Virus record (IMG/VR): IMGVR_UViG_3300005239_003333 | Reading direction: 5' to 3' (one strand) | DNA length: 35,975 nt | Source of the DNA: an uncultured virus (IMG/VR IMGVR_UViG_3300005239_003333) | Taxonomy: Duplodnaviria > Heunggongvirae > Uroviricota > Caudoviricetes | Shown: positions 1 through 8,855 of the stretch, in pieces | How the letters are laid out: each line of letters opens with the position of its first letter | Position numbering within the stretch: the first letter of the stretch is position 1 | The notes under the pieces: model-generated | The model's database searches: none | What the model was told of the DNA's origin: nothing | Seen by the model: only the letters and a program-made list of their open reading frames with translations | Made by a program: the position numbers and the translations under genes

Positions 1-58
1 TCTTTACCTTCTGATAAAACATCGAAATTACCCCATCTTGTTTTGTTATTTTTCCCAT
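1..58 (-). CDS. 5' part of a mannose-6-phosphate isomerase-like cupin (runs off the window; reading frame broken by an apparent 1-nt indel)
   Basis: One minus-strand frame reads KTRWGNFDVLSEGK, matching the R-x-W-G-x-[FY]-x-V-L start of ManC-type cupins. It is out of frame with both the ATG at 58 and the upstream cytidylyltransferase. Confidence 0.55.
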   Translation of the reverse strand, partial: MGKITKQDGVISMFYQKVK

Positions 59-483
59 CTTTGTAATATCCAACTACTACTATTTTTTTTATCTGCACCG
101 CCAACCCCGTATATAAAAATAATTTCTTTATCATCAAATAATTCAGGAGCTTCTTCCGGAACGTTACCTTGTTTTCTATCTCCGCCATTAGCAAATATAA
201 TCCTGTCAAAGGGGAATAACATTATAACATTCTTTATGGCCTCAATTGCGGTACCATCGTCATCATTAAAAAGAATGCAGTTATCAACGTATTTCAATGC
301 TGATACAATTTCAAATCTTTCTGCTAAAGGTAAAAAGTTTTTACCTTTTTTTCGTTCTAACCAAGAATCTGAATTAACCCCGACAATTAGTTTATCTCCT
401 AGCTTTCGAGCTGCTTTAAGATACGCTAGATGACCTGAATGTAATGGGTCAAATCCCCCTGTTACTAAAACTACTGTTTCCAT
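46..483 (-). CDS. Cytidylyltransferase-like nucleotidyltransferase (TagD/RfaE domain II family)
   Basis: TGGFDPLHSGH (HIGH-type motif), LIVGVNSD, FANGGDR, C-terminal KNSSS. Confidence 0.9.
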   Translation of the reverse strand: METVVLVTGGFDPLHSGHLAYLKAARKLGDKLIVGVNSDSWLERKKGKNFLPLAERFEIVSALKYVDNCILFNDDDGTAIEAIKNVIMLFPFDRIIFANGGDRKQGNVPEEAPELFDDKEIIFIYGVGGADKKNSSSWILQRWEK

Positions 484-1136
484 TTCTTTATAAAGTAGTC
501 TTGACCCTTGTAAAACTCTTCGTTAGGATTAGTCAATCCAGGACTCTGGTGAATTATAGGTATATCTACTACACCTATTTTAACACTGTTCCTATTACAC
601 TCAAGAGAGAAATCTAAATCGTAGTAGTGAAACTTAGATGGGTATGTTTCGTCAAACTTTACCTCGGCAGGCAGGTTATTAATATTAATCCCAATAAGAA
701 CGCCGTCAATAAGTAAACTCCTACTAGGTAGAGGACCAAAAGAAGTATAAGCATATTGCTCTCTCGTCCCGTGAGCCACACATCCTCTTTGGTCTTGCTT
801 TTCGGACATAAGATGCCATAAAGCTGGATTGCCAATTTTGCAGGATACAGCGCCAGCCACCCCAAACACGGGAAAACTTTCTGCGCTATCAATGAGACGA
901 GGGTAAAGATCAGCGCAATTAACATGGACATCATCGTGTATAAGAAGAGCAATGTCAATACTATTAGATCGAGCATGTTCAATAAACCCGTTGTAACACT
1001 TTTGTAAGCTTTCAGTATTATTTTCTTTAATGATAAGGTCTTTATATGCATAACAAGATTTATATTCTTTTATTGATTTATATATGTTCGTATCTTCTTT
1101 TTTACCTTTTGTAGCTGAGTATATTTTAATGTTCAT
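471..1136 (-). CDS. GT-A (family 2-like) glycosyltransferase
   Basis: SLQKCYN, LLIHDDV (DxD-like), GVAG, LIDGVLIG, FHYYDLDFSLE, IIHQSPG. Confidence 0.8.
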   Translation of the reverse strand: MNIKIYSATKGKKEDTNIYKSIKEYKSCYAYKDLIIKENNTESLQKCYNGFIEHARSNSIDIALLIHDDVHVNCADLYPRLIDSAESFPVFGVAGAVSCKIGNPALWHLMSEKQDQRGCVAHGTREQYAYTSFGPLPSRSLLIDGVLIGININNLPAEVKFDETYPSKFHYYDLDFSLECNRNSVKIGVVDIPIIHQSPGLTNPNEEFYKGQDYFIKKWKQ

Positions 1137-2229
1137 TTATATATGGTTCGATTTTTAAAGTATTAGAGATGTTCTTTATGAAATTATTTCTTTCACTATT
1201 ATTATAGAATACATATATCGAATATCCACCGTGACCTCCGCCGCAATATTTTTTTGCAATTGCAGTTCTAACTTCAGGCAGTTCATCCATGCCCTCTTTT
1301 ATCTGAACATCGTAGTTTAAATTTATACCATCACATAATAGTTTAAGATCGTTATTCTGAACACCAGTTGCTGCAATGCGACTTGCTCTTGCTAATGAAT
1401 TATAATCTCGTTCATAGCTACAATATGCCGGTGTATTATGTTGGTTACCAGTATAGAGTATAGCCATTTTACCTTTTAGTAAATCCCCGTTTCTCTTAAA
1501 AGATAGACGCGGAAGTTTACCGCTTTCCCATACACATAATCCTGTCTCTTTAATAATCGCAGGATCTTGCCAACCTACACCCATCTCCAATTCACTAGCG
1601 ACCCCGTCCTTCCCGTTTAATAGTGACCATGCACCGCTACCGCCTAGCCCAGATTGCTTTTCATAGGGCCAATTGGTTAAGGATACTTTAGGCGAAATTG
1701 CACAATTAACAATAAAGCCATCATCCCTAGAATGTTTAGGTACATCTAACCAACCACCAGCTAAATCTACTCTCATAGGCGCTTCGCTCGGTGTAAGGAT
1801 ATTATTAATAATAGAAGATGTAGATATGGGCTCAAATTTTGGCGGGGTTTTTGGTAAACATATATAATCTATACCTAATTCTTTACATATACTCTGCTTT
1901 TTAAATCTAAAGGTTTCATCATCTGTAGCAACTAAGATATCCGGAGATATTTCCTCTATTACATCTCTAAAATTTAGCCCCACATCATCAGTACTGCTTC
2001 CTATTACAACTTCATCAATAAAGGGTAGGTTGGATAATATTTCAATTTTATGTTCTATAGGTATACTAGGTCGTCTATTTTTATATAGATATAAAACTTC
2101 ATCAGAAGGTATACAAACTATTAATTCATCCCCTAATGCTTTAGCTTCTTTAAAAAATTGAATATGACCGGCGTGTAAGATATCGTAACAACCTGAAACA
2201 AATACTTTACTCATATTCTCCCCTATCAT
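1126..2229 (-). CDS. Bifunctional cytidylyltransferase-like domain plus GHMP sugar kinase (HddA-like); probable start at 2214 (MSKVFV)
   Basis: N-terminal SGCYDILHAGH and ISTSSII. C-terminal APMRVDLAGGWLD, SGLGGSGA, GWQDP, KYCGGGHGGY (GHMP motifs). Confidence 0.85.
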   Translation of the reverse strand: MIGENMSKVFVSGCYDILHAGHIQFFKEAKALGDELIVCIPSDEVLYLYKNRRPSIPIEHKIEILSNLPFIDEVVIGSSTDDVGLNFRDVIEEISPDILVATDDETFRFKKQSICKELGIDYICLPKTPPKFEPISTSSIINNILTPSEAPMRVDLAGGWLDVPKHSRDDGFIVNCAISPKVSLTNWPYEKQSGLGGSGAWSLLNGKDGVASELEMGVGWQDPAIIKETGLCVWESGKLPRLSFKRNGDLLKGKMAILYTGNQHNTPAYCSYERDYNSLARASRIAATGVQNNDLKLLCDGINLNYDVQIKEGMDELPEVRTAIAKKYCGGGHGGYSIYVFYNNSERNNFIKNISNTLKIEPYINEH

Positions 2230-2575
2230 CCATCTCAGGCTTATTATCTCTATTCCATATCATACCCATAATATTCCATAAAGCAGCACCCAAGTGGTCT
2301 TCGCTGTCATCTCCTGTAAAATCTTGCATTAAATGTCTCATTGTACTATCGTATAAAACAGAATGTTTCATACCCTTCTTCCAATTATTTTCACCATAAG
2401 CATCCGCCCCTTGTAAATATCTCATCATTACATCATTCAGTGCTTTATGGGGTACTAAACTCATCCGCATTTTACCGTCAGCATTATCTCGCTGCGCACC
2501 AGTTTCAAACTGACGAGGTGCACCTGTTATTTTTAAATCTTCCATATATTCTCTAAAATTAAATTCTTCGCTCAT
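2207..2575 (-). CDS. dATP/dGTP diphosphohydrolase-like protein (DUF5664 family)
   Basis: RQFETGAQRD..DGK.RMSLVP, GADAYGENNWKKGM, STMRHL, EDHLGAALWN. Start moved from TTG 2608 to ATG 2575, just after the upstream stop. Confidence 0.8.
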   Translation of the reverse strand: MSEEFNFREYMEDLKITGAPRQFETGAQRDNADGKMRMSLVPHKALNDVMMRYLQGADAYGENNWKKGMKHSVLYDSTMRHLMQDFTGDDSEDHLGAALWNIMGMIWNRDNKPEMDDRGEYE

Positions 2576-2576
2576 T

Positions 2577-3110
2577 TTAATTATATAATTTTTGATTAAA
2601 AAAATCAAGCCATAACTTTAGGGACTGATGCTTTAAAGCTCTTACTAAAGCCTCTTCTCCATCATATACATTAGGAATACTACGTTTTAAAATTATATCA
2701 CCTTCATCAACTGCCGGTATAACTCTATGCAAGACAGCTCCTATAATTGTGTGTTTAAGCTCAAAAGCACGCTTCTGCGGATCCTTACCTTTCAATTCTG
2801 GGTACTTTGTTATATAGCCTGGATGACCGTTAAAAATTTTATATTCCTCGCATATTGCTTTAGGTATAATATTCAACCACCCATGCAACGTAATAAAACA
2901 TTCGCTAGGATCGCCGAAAAGCTCCCTCAAGAACTTTACATTCTTTACATCTTTTTTAAGAATTCTAAACCCATAATTATCTATATCTACCCGACCGTCA
3001 ATTACTGACTCGTCTTTCTGATCATAATATACCGTATCTGGTACGTGTCCTTTTTCGATAAGATTCGCTATTTCAGAACCAGTTTGTGAAAATAATGCTA
3101 TATGTCTCAT
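2577..3110 (-). CDS. PurN-like formyltransferase (candidate DpdN-like 7-deazaguanine formyltransferase)
   Basis: IALFSQTGS, LHGWLNIIP, FNGHPG, LKGKDP, GAVLHRV, VDEGDII match formyl transferase N-domain motifs. Confidence 0.8.
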   Translation of the reverse strand: MRHIALFSQTGSEIANLIEKGHVPDTVYYDQKDESVIDGRVDIDNYGFRILKKDVKNVKFLRELFGDPSECFITLHGWLNIIPKAICEEYKIFNGHPGYITKYPELKGKDPQKRAFELKHTIIGAVLHRVIPAVDEGDIILKRSIPNVYDGEEALVRALKHQSLKLWLDFFNQKLYN

Positions 3111-3778
3111 AATGTTAAAAATGGTGAATCGTGAACAAAGCCATCAACAGAAGTTAGACCTTCATACGAAAAATTATACAAAATGCCCTCTTTTACCTCT
3201 CTATAATGCTTACCTTTTACAGAAGAAACGTTTGAGCCTTTATAAAATAAAGTACTACCCTGGCGCGCTATATAAATGTTCATCGTTTTTATATTAACTA
3301 TCCAGAGAGCGAAGGTACCTTTGAGTTGTTCGATAGTATATAATATATTTTGTATTTCGGATTCCGTATCTTCGCATGGTCCGTGTTTATATTCAAATTC
3401 ATCTAACATAGCAGGTATAATACTACTATCTACAGGGTTATCATGAGCCGGTAAATGTTTTTCGACTAGCTCTTTAAAGTTTGTAAGTACCCCATTATGT
3501 GCTACTATCCAGTCTCCATACCAGAATGGATGCGCTAGTTCTTCTTCCCATATCCTACCAGCTTCAGTAGGTGCTTGATTATGGCCTAGGTATATAAATC
3601 CTTTCTCACTAGGTAGAGTAGTTTTATTAAAGTCCACACCCCCCTCTTTCTTTACAACTTTATAGTTAGCATTATTATAGCAGTAAAATATACCAGTAGA
3701 GAAATTTCCCCGTTTTCTATTAGCTTGCTCTAATATTTCAAACGTACTTAAGTCATTACTACAATATATACCGCACAT
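3107..3778 (-). CDS. Stand-alone class II (Ntn) glutamine amidotransferase
   Basis: N-terminal MCGI (catalytic Cys2), RG, LGHNQAPT, AHPF, AHNGVLTN, VDS, GTFA. Confidence 0.85.
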   Translation of the reverse strand: MCGIYCSNDLSTFEILEQANRKRGNFSTGIFYCYNNANYKVVKKEGGVDFNKTTLPSEKGFIYLGHNQAPTEAGRIWEEELAHPFWYGDWIVAHNGVLTNFKELVEKHLPAHDNPVDSSIIPAMLDEFEYKHGPCEDTESEIQNILYTIEQLKGTFALWIVNIKTMNIYIARQGSTLFYKGSNVSSVKGKHYREVKEGILYNFSYEGLTSVDGFVHDSPFLTL

Positions 3779-3786
3779 ATATCTAT

Positions 3787-3814
3787 ATTATAGTAGAATT
3801 TCCTCAGAAATCAA
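3787..3814 (-). promoter_or_regulatory. Sigma70-type promoter for the amidotransferase operon
   Basis: TTGATT-N16-TATAAT-N8-ATG(3778). Confidence 0.7.
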
Positions 3815-3820
3815 TAAATA
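3815..3820 (+). promoter_or_regulatory. T4-type late promoter core TAAATA
   Basis: AATAAATA-TTATT-ATG(3826), matching the recurrent N5 spacing. Confidence 0.7.
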
Positions 3821-3825
3821 TTATT

Positions 3826-5207
3826 ATGAACTTGGTATCTTGGAACACAAAACAAATTATTAAAGAAAGTAATACAAACTATTTTCCCGGGCCCGGGGAA
3901 GATGCCGGCGGAAATGATGATTCTGATGCTGGTGAAGTTATGGATGAGCCGATTTTGGAAAGCATTTCTAAAACTCTTAAACCAGTTATGAACAAAATGA
4001 AGAAGTTGAATATAGGGCTGCCTTATAGAGACGCTCGTTTGTTCTTTTTTCAATTTTTAAAAGAGAAACATCCAAACTTAGTACCTCAAGGGTTCGAGAC
4101 AAAGAAGCCATCAGCAAAAGATGTTAATGCAATCGTAGGTCAAATCGCTATTGAACAGCCAGAATTACTTGATAAGTTCAGTCAAGAGTTCGAAGCTTAT
4201 TCTCAAGAACAGACAGATGCAGGGCTAGATAAGGTCTCACAATTTTTAAATGTAGCGGCTACAATGAGAACAGGTAAGGGTGTTAGACCATCTAGAACAG
4301 CTGCTGATACGCAAGGTTATGTTAAGAAAGATTATAGTAAATTAACAGCTCAAGAAATTGCAGACGCAACAACTGATGCTATTAAAAAGAAAGAAGCTGA
4401 TTTTGAAGCTGGTGATGATGTATCGGATGAAAAGCTTTTAGTTAAACAGTATCAAGTAGTGTTTTAACTAAGCTTGCTGATGAAGATTTAAATCCACAAG
4501 CTTTAAAAAATGTTGCCGATGCAATGACAAAGATTGAAACTTTGTCAAGATTTAAACAATTCTTAGAATACATTGGTAAGATGGAAGAGTATAGTGTTAT
4601 TCACCAGTACCTTTCTGATCAGTTGGATGTAATTGAAACTAATCTTGAAGATATGCAAACCGGGAAAGAAGATGCTGAAATGGAAGCTCAGGAAGGTAAT
4701 ATTCATGATGAAGTTAAACAAGATCCTCGCGAAGTTGATCCTACTACTGATGACATTGAACAAGCTAAAGAAGAAGATGCTGAGAGATGTCCCATTACTG
4801 GTAAATTGAGAAAGAGTGATGAAGAGACTACTCTAGATAATACCTCTTTAGAAGATCTATCAGTTCTTTCACCTGAAGAGTATGATATGGTACAGAATTT
4901 TGCAAATTTTGATGCTGATGATTGGGGATATAATAAACTTCAGAAATTTTACTTCCGTAAAAGAGAAGGCGGGGAAGATGAAGAAAAGGCTAAAAAAGAT
5001 CACGACGGTGATGGTAAGCTAGAATCATCAACAGCCGAATATATGGGCTCTAAAGATAAAGCTATTAAAGCTGCAATGAGTAAAGAAGAAGAGAATGAAG
5101 AAGTCGCTCTATCACCTCAAGAAGTTGCTAGACAGATGCTAATACAGCGACAAAATGAGATGCAAAATTATTATACTCAAGAAAGATTAAACCGTTACGG
5201 TTACTAA
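3826..5207 (+). CDS. Acidic late hypothetical protein, probably one gene (3826..4467 + 4524..5207) split by a 1-nt deletion near 4444; candidate internal head protein
   Basis: The frame of the second ORF is open from 4446 (TVSSSVLTKLADEDLNPQALKNVADAMTK). Adding one A in GTTAAACA fuses both ORFs. C-terminal KDHDGDGKLESSTAEYMGSKDKAIKAAM module. Confidence 0.65.
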
Positions 5208-5807
5208 GAAATAGGTCTACAATTATTATCTCTATAAACCGCCTCGAGCTTATCTTGCTGTTTATACTCTAAAGGGTCTTGTAATCCTGCATCTACAAAT
5301 CCTTTTAATCTAAGAGCACTACTCGCACTATTAGCATCGCATGGGTATTCTCCGGAATAACATGTATAAGTATCTGCAAAAATAACTCCTAGATCAACCC
5401 CATTTAGTATAATATCCTTCTTACTCATTTCAAGGAGAGGGGCTCTTACTCTTATATCTATTTCACGGTTTAATAAACAAATTTGATTCATCTTATCAAC
5501 AAACTGTACTGAACCATCCCAGTAACCGGCAAGACTGTCAGCTTCTGCTGCGCCGTACCATACTTCATCCGCTTTTAATTTTTCAGCATATGAAAGTAAA
5601 ATACTCAGAAACATCAAATTGCGGAACGGTACATATGATTTAGGCTGAGCTTCACCCATAATTTCTTTAACGTCAGGAGTCTCAATATCATTATTAGTCA
5701 GAGATGATGTATCTGCTATATCCTTAATATATTTTACATCAAGAACTTTATTAGTAAATGTTACGTCTGGAAAATGTATTTTAGCATTTACTAATTGCTT
5801 TCAGCTG
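5204..5807 (-). CDS. queC: 7-cyano-7-deazaguanine synthase QueC-like (5' part in N-gap; frameshifts near the contig edge)
   Basis: SSLT, SYVPFRNLMFLS, GYWDGS, APLLEMSKKDII, TYTCYSG, LRLKGF, DPLEY. The frame upstream of the called ATG continues (IKDIADTSSLTNNDIETPDVKEI). Confidence 0.85.
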
Positions 5808-6490
5808 NNNNNNNNNNNNNNNNNNNNNNNNNNNNNNNNNNNNNNNNNNNNNNNNNNNNNNNNNNNNNNNNNNNNNNNNNNNNNNNNNNNNNNNNNNNNN
5901 NNNNNNNNNNNNNNNNNNNNNNNNNNNNNNNNNNNNNNNNNNNNNNNNNNNNNNNNNNNNNNNNNNNNNNNNNNNNNNNNNNNNNNNNNNNNNNNNNNNN
6001 NNNNNNNNNNNNNNNNNNNNNNNNNNNNNNNNNNNNNNNNNNNNNNNNNNNNNNNNNNNNNNNNNNNNNNNNNNNNNNNNNNNNNNNNNNNNNNNNNNNN
6101 NNNNNNNNNNNNNNNNNNNNNNNNNNNNNNNNNNNNNNNNNNNNNNNNNNNNNNNNNNNNNNNNNNNNNNNNNNNNNNNNNNNNNNNNNNNNNNNNNNNN
6201 NNNNNNNNNNNNNNNNNNNNNNNNNNNNNNNNNNNNNNNNNNNNNNNNNNNNNNNNNNNNNNNNNNNNNNNNNNNNNNNNNNNNNNNNNNNNNNNNNNNN
6301 NNNNNNNNNNNNNNNNNNNNNNNNNNNNNNNNNNNNNNNNNNNNNNNNNNNNNNNNNNNNNNNNNNNNNNNNNNNNNNNNNNNNNNNNNNNNNNNNNNNN
6401 NNNNNNNNNNNNNNNNNNNNNNNNNNNNNNNNNNNNNNNNNNNNNNNNNNNNNNNNNNNNNNNNNNNNNNNNNNNNNNNNNNNNNNNNNN

Positions 6491-6875
6491 AGTCAAAAAT
6501 AGTATTACGACATTCTTCAATACTAAAAACAGGTACATATTTTACCTTACTAACATCTAAACCTAATGCTTCTGCCCCATCTTTATCAATAGCATTTTCA
6601 CTATCAAAAATAACTGGTATTAATCCTTCTTTTTGAGCATTAGCTAAAATCTTCTGCAATATAAAACTTTTACCAGTCATGCTAGGACCTGCCAACAGCG
6701 TCATTCTATTCTTTGGAATACCTCCAAATAACGACCCTGAAACAATACCGTTAAGTACCATTGAACCGGTATCTAACCAACCATCTACATTACTAATAGC
6801 GCTTTCATTTAAGAAAGATGCATATGGATTAGATTTATCAATTACAGATAAAATATCATCAATTTCTTTACTCAT
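6491..6875 (-). CDS. uvsX: UvsX/RecA-like recombinase (3' part in N-gap)
   Basis: LDTGSMVLNGIVSGSLFGGIP, Walker A GPSMTGKS, FDSENA. Confidence 0.9.
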
Positions 6876-6882
6876 ATATACT

Positions 6883-6910
6883 ATTATAGTATATAATTAT
6901 CGTTTATCAA
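6883..6910 (-). promoter_or_regulatory. Sigma70-type promoter, leaderless geometry, for uvsX
   Basis: TTGATA-N16-TATAAT-N7-ATG(6875). Confidence 0.75.
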
Positions 6911-7751
6911 TATCTGGTCTATCAATTTTTTCATTTCTTTTTATAACGGCATCTATAATGGGTGTGTCTACTCCATTCATTTTACCATAAGAAGCAAGAG
7001 CATGAATATCTTTCGGAAAGCATGTTCCACCGAAGCCTCGTTTTCCGTCAGGCCCTGGTACCATTGTGTGACCATCGCCAATCCTTTCATCTTGAGTAGC
7101 GATGGCTCGAATAGTCTCATAGTTTAAACCTGACTTTGTGCATATAGATTCTAATTCGTTAAAGAAACCAACCTTAACACTAAGAAAAACATTCTTTAGA
7201 TATTTAATCATCTCTGCTTCGCCTGGAGTTGTACGGATCACTTCTTTATTTACCACTGAACCATTTCCATATCCATGAGCGATAGTAAACATTTCCTTTA
7301 CCTTTTTATATAACTCATCATTATTTGTACCAAGAATCCACTGTGAACAATTTCTAAAATCTGCTTCCCAATTTCTTTCCGTGAGAAATTCTGGCATAAA
7401 GTTAACGTTAAGGTTTTCAGAAGTTCCAGAAGGAACTGTTGATCGTAATACAATATGTTTATCTTTATCTATTAATTTTATTTCTTTACAAACTGAAATA
7501 ACAATATCAAGATTTGCGCTGCCGTCACTATTCTTTGGCGTAGGTACAGCAACAAATATAATTTCAGATTCTTTTACGAATGTTTCAATGTTAAGCGTTC
7601 GCGGGTCTCTTTTTTCTGGTATAATATCCCACACTAATACATCTATTGATGGGCGAAGTAATGTCATTGCGTGGCCGACGAAGCCATTTCCAACAACACC
7701 TATTTTAATTTTTTTACTCTGTGTTGATAAATTCAACCCTATTCTTCCCAA
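6897..7751 (-). CDS. UDP-glucose/GDP-mannose 6-dehydrogenase (short form lacking the C-terminal domain)
   Basis: GVVGNGFVG, FVAVPTP, RSTVPSGT, PEFLTE, AEMIKY, GFGGTCFPKD (catalytic Cys). Confidence 0.9.
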   Translation of the reverse strand: MGRIGLNLSTQSKKIKIGVVGNGFVGHAMTLLRPSIDVLVWDIIPEKRDPRTLNIETFVKESEIIFVAVPTPKNSDGSANLDIVISVCKEIKLIDKDKHIVLRSTVPSGTSENLNVNFMPEFLTERNWEADFRNCSQWILGTNNDELYKKVKEMFTIAHGYGNGSVVNKEVIRTTPGEAEMIKYLKNVFLSVKVGFFNELESICTKSGLNYETIRAIATQDERIGDGHTMVPGPDGKRGFGGTCFPKDIHALASYGKMNGVDTPIIDAVIKRNEKIDRPDIDKR

Positions 7752-8311
7752 ATTTTTTCTGTGTCCAGAAGTAATTTTTTAATTTTAACTGATATGTAAT
7801 TACTTTTCCATTTGTAATCTTCCAGAAATTTTTTCCAAGACATTATAGTCTTTCGAACTCTCTCTAATTCTTCTTGATTGTAACCTTTTTGCGATTTACC
7901 GTATTTTATAATATCTACTAAACCGTTTAAAAAATCTTGAGGTGTACCTTCTATAAATTCTGTTACGTCATCCGATATAAATTCCGGTTCTTCTGGAATA
8001 TCAAAATGTCTTTTTTCTCGTTTCAACGATTCAATTTCTTTTTGTTGACTTTCCATTCTTGTTCTGTATCTTTCTTCAGCTTTTTCTTTTTCCTCTTTAA
8101 TTTTACCCTTTAAAGCTTCAATTTCATTATTAAGTTTAGCTATTTCTGAATCTTTATCGGTTACTATTTTATGAATAGCTTGATTAGCTTCATTACGAAC
8201 TTGTTGGTTAATTTGTTCGGTCAATTCTTGAACCCTTTTATCATTAACCTTGTCAAAATAAGATGATTTATCTGATGGCGGTCTCCAACTTTCTGTATTC
8301 CAATCATTCAT
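7739..8311 (-). CDS. Hypothetical coiled-coil protein
   Basis: 190-aa E/K/Q-rich helical ORF with its own promoter; overlaps the next gene's start. Confidence 0.7.
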   Translation of the reverse strand: MNDWNTESWRPPSDKSSYFDKVNDKRVQELTEQINQQVRNEANQAIHKIVTDKDSEIAKLNNEIEALKGKIKEEKEKAEERYRTRMESQQKEIESLKREKRHFDIPEEPEFISDDVTEFIEGTPQDFLNGLVDIIKYGKSQKGYNQEELERVRKTIMSWKKFLEDYKWKSNYISVKIKKLLLDTEKIWEE

Positions 8312-8317
8312 AGCCTT

Positions 8318-8345
8318 ATTATATAATATTTAAATAAAATATCAA
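8318..8345 (-). promoter_or_regulatory. Sigma70-type promoter, leaderless geometry
   Basis: TTGATA-N16-TATAAT-N6-ATG(8311). Confidence 0.75.
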
Positions 8346-8349
8346 GTAA

Positions 8350-8850
8350 TTAGTAAGATTTAATCTGTAAACCTCTACCCATTAACTTTACAACATAGTG
8401 ACAACCATAAAATAAACTGCTAAATGTTAATGTACTAATTAACATTCGAAAATCAAAGGGAATAGCTGCTAAGTAAGTCTGGGTAATAGATACTGCTCCG
8501 AGTCCATTGAGATAGACGCCAAAATTTACAATAATATGCCAAAGCAAGACGCTTAAGCAAGATGTCTTTAAAATACTTGTATATTTACCGTCGTAAGTTT
8601 TTATAGATAATAGGCTAATCAATAAAAAAGTGCCATATGTGAAGAACATGGTTGCACCATAACCTCCAATAAAAATATCAGTTATAAGTAAGACGCTAAT
8701 AGGTAGTAGTATTTGAAAATGTCTATTATTAGTAACATAGGGTAAAAATACAGCCATAGCTATCATAGGCGTTATATTAGCTGGTAAAGCAAAACGAGTA
8801 AGAATTATACATAATAAAATAAACAATACACTTTTAATTGTTTCAACCAT
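8350..8850 (-). CDS. Multi-pass membrane protein, DUF6580-like putative vitamin (B12) transporter S-component
   Basis: About 5 hydrophobic segments. R..LPANITPMIAMAVF, TDIFIG, HIIVNFGV, YLAAIPF resemble the R.LPH.PNFTP..A.ALF pattern. Confidence 0.65.
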   Translation of the reverse strand: MVETIKSVLFILLCIILTRFALPANITPMIAMAVFLPYVTNNRHFQILLPISVLLITDIFIGGYGATMFFTYGTFLLISLLSIKTYDGKYTSILKTSCLSVLLWHIIVNFGVYLNGLGAVSITQTYLAAIPFDFRMLISTLTFSSLFYGCHYVVKLMGRGLQIKSY

Positions 8851-8855
8851 AATAT

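Noticed and set aside
38..433. Antisense and alternate-frame ORFs from the track (for example 38..433, 659..1051, 6679..6990, 7381..7782, 12645..12947, 24447..24773, 27100..27390)
   Set aside because: They overlap well-supported genes and have no motifs or promoter geometry.
3886..3897. GC palindrome CCCGGGCCCGGG
   Set aside because: It is a single occurrence inside a CDS, explained by Pro-Gly-Pro-Gly codons.
4436..4450. Programmed -1 frameshift at GTTAAAC joining the two plus-strand ORFs
   Set aside because: The heptamer is not in the X XXY YYZ phase relative to the reading frame and no downstream structure is evident. Similar small indels occur in queC, folE2 and the radical SAM fragment, so sequencing error is more likely.
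5660..5807. queC as a pseudogene
   Set aside because: The frameshifts lie within about 100 nt of a contig edge and the rest of the gene is intact.
5808..6490. ORFs running through N-gaps (also 15280-15854, 21301-21934, 33236-34070), including an apparent uvsX-queC fusion
   Set aside because: These are artefacts of translating N. Gap lengths are estimates and their content is unknown.
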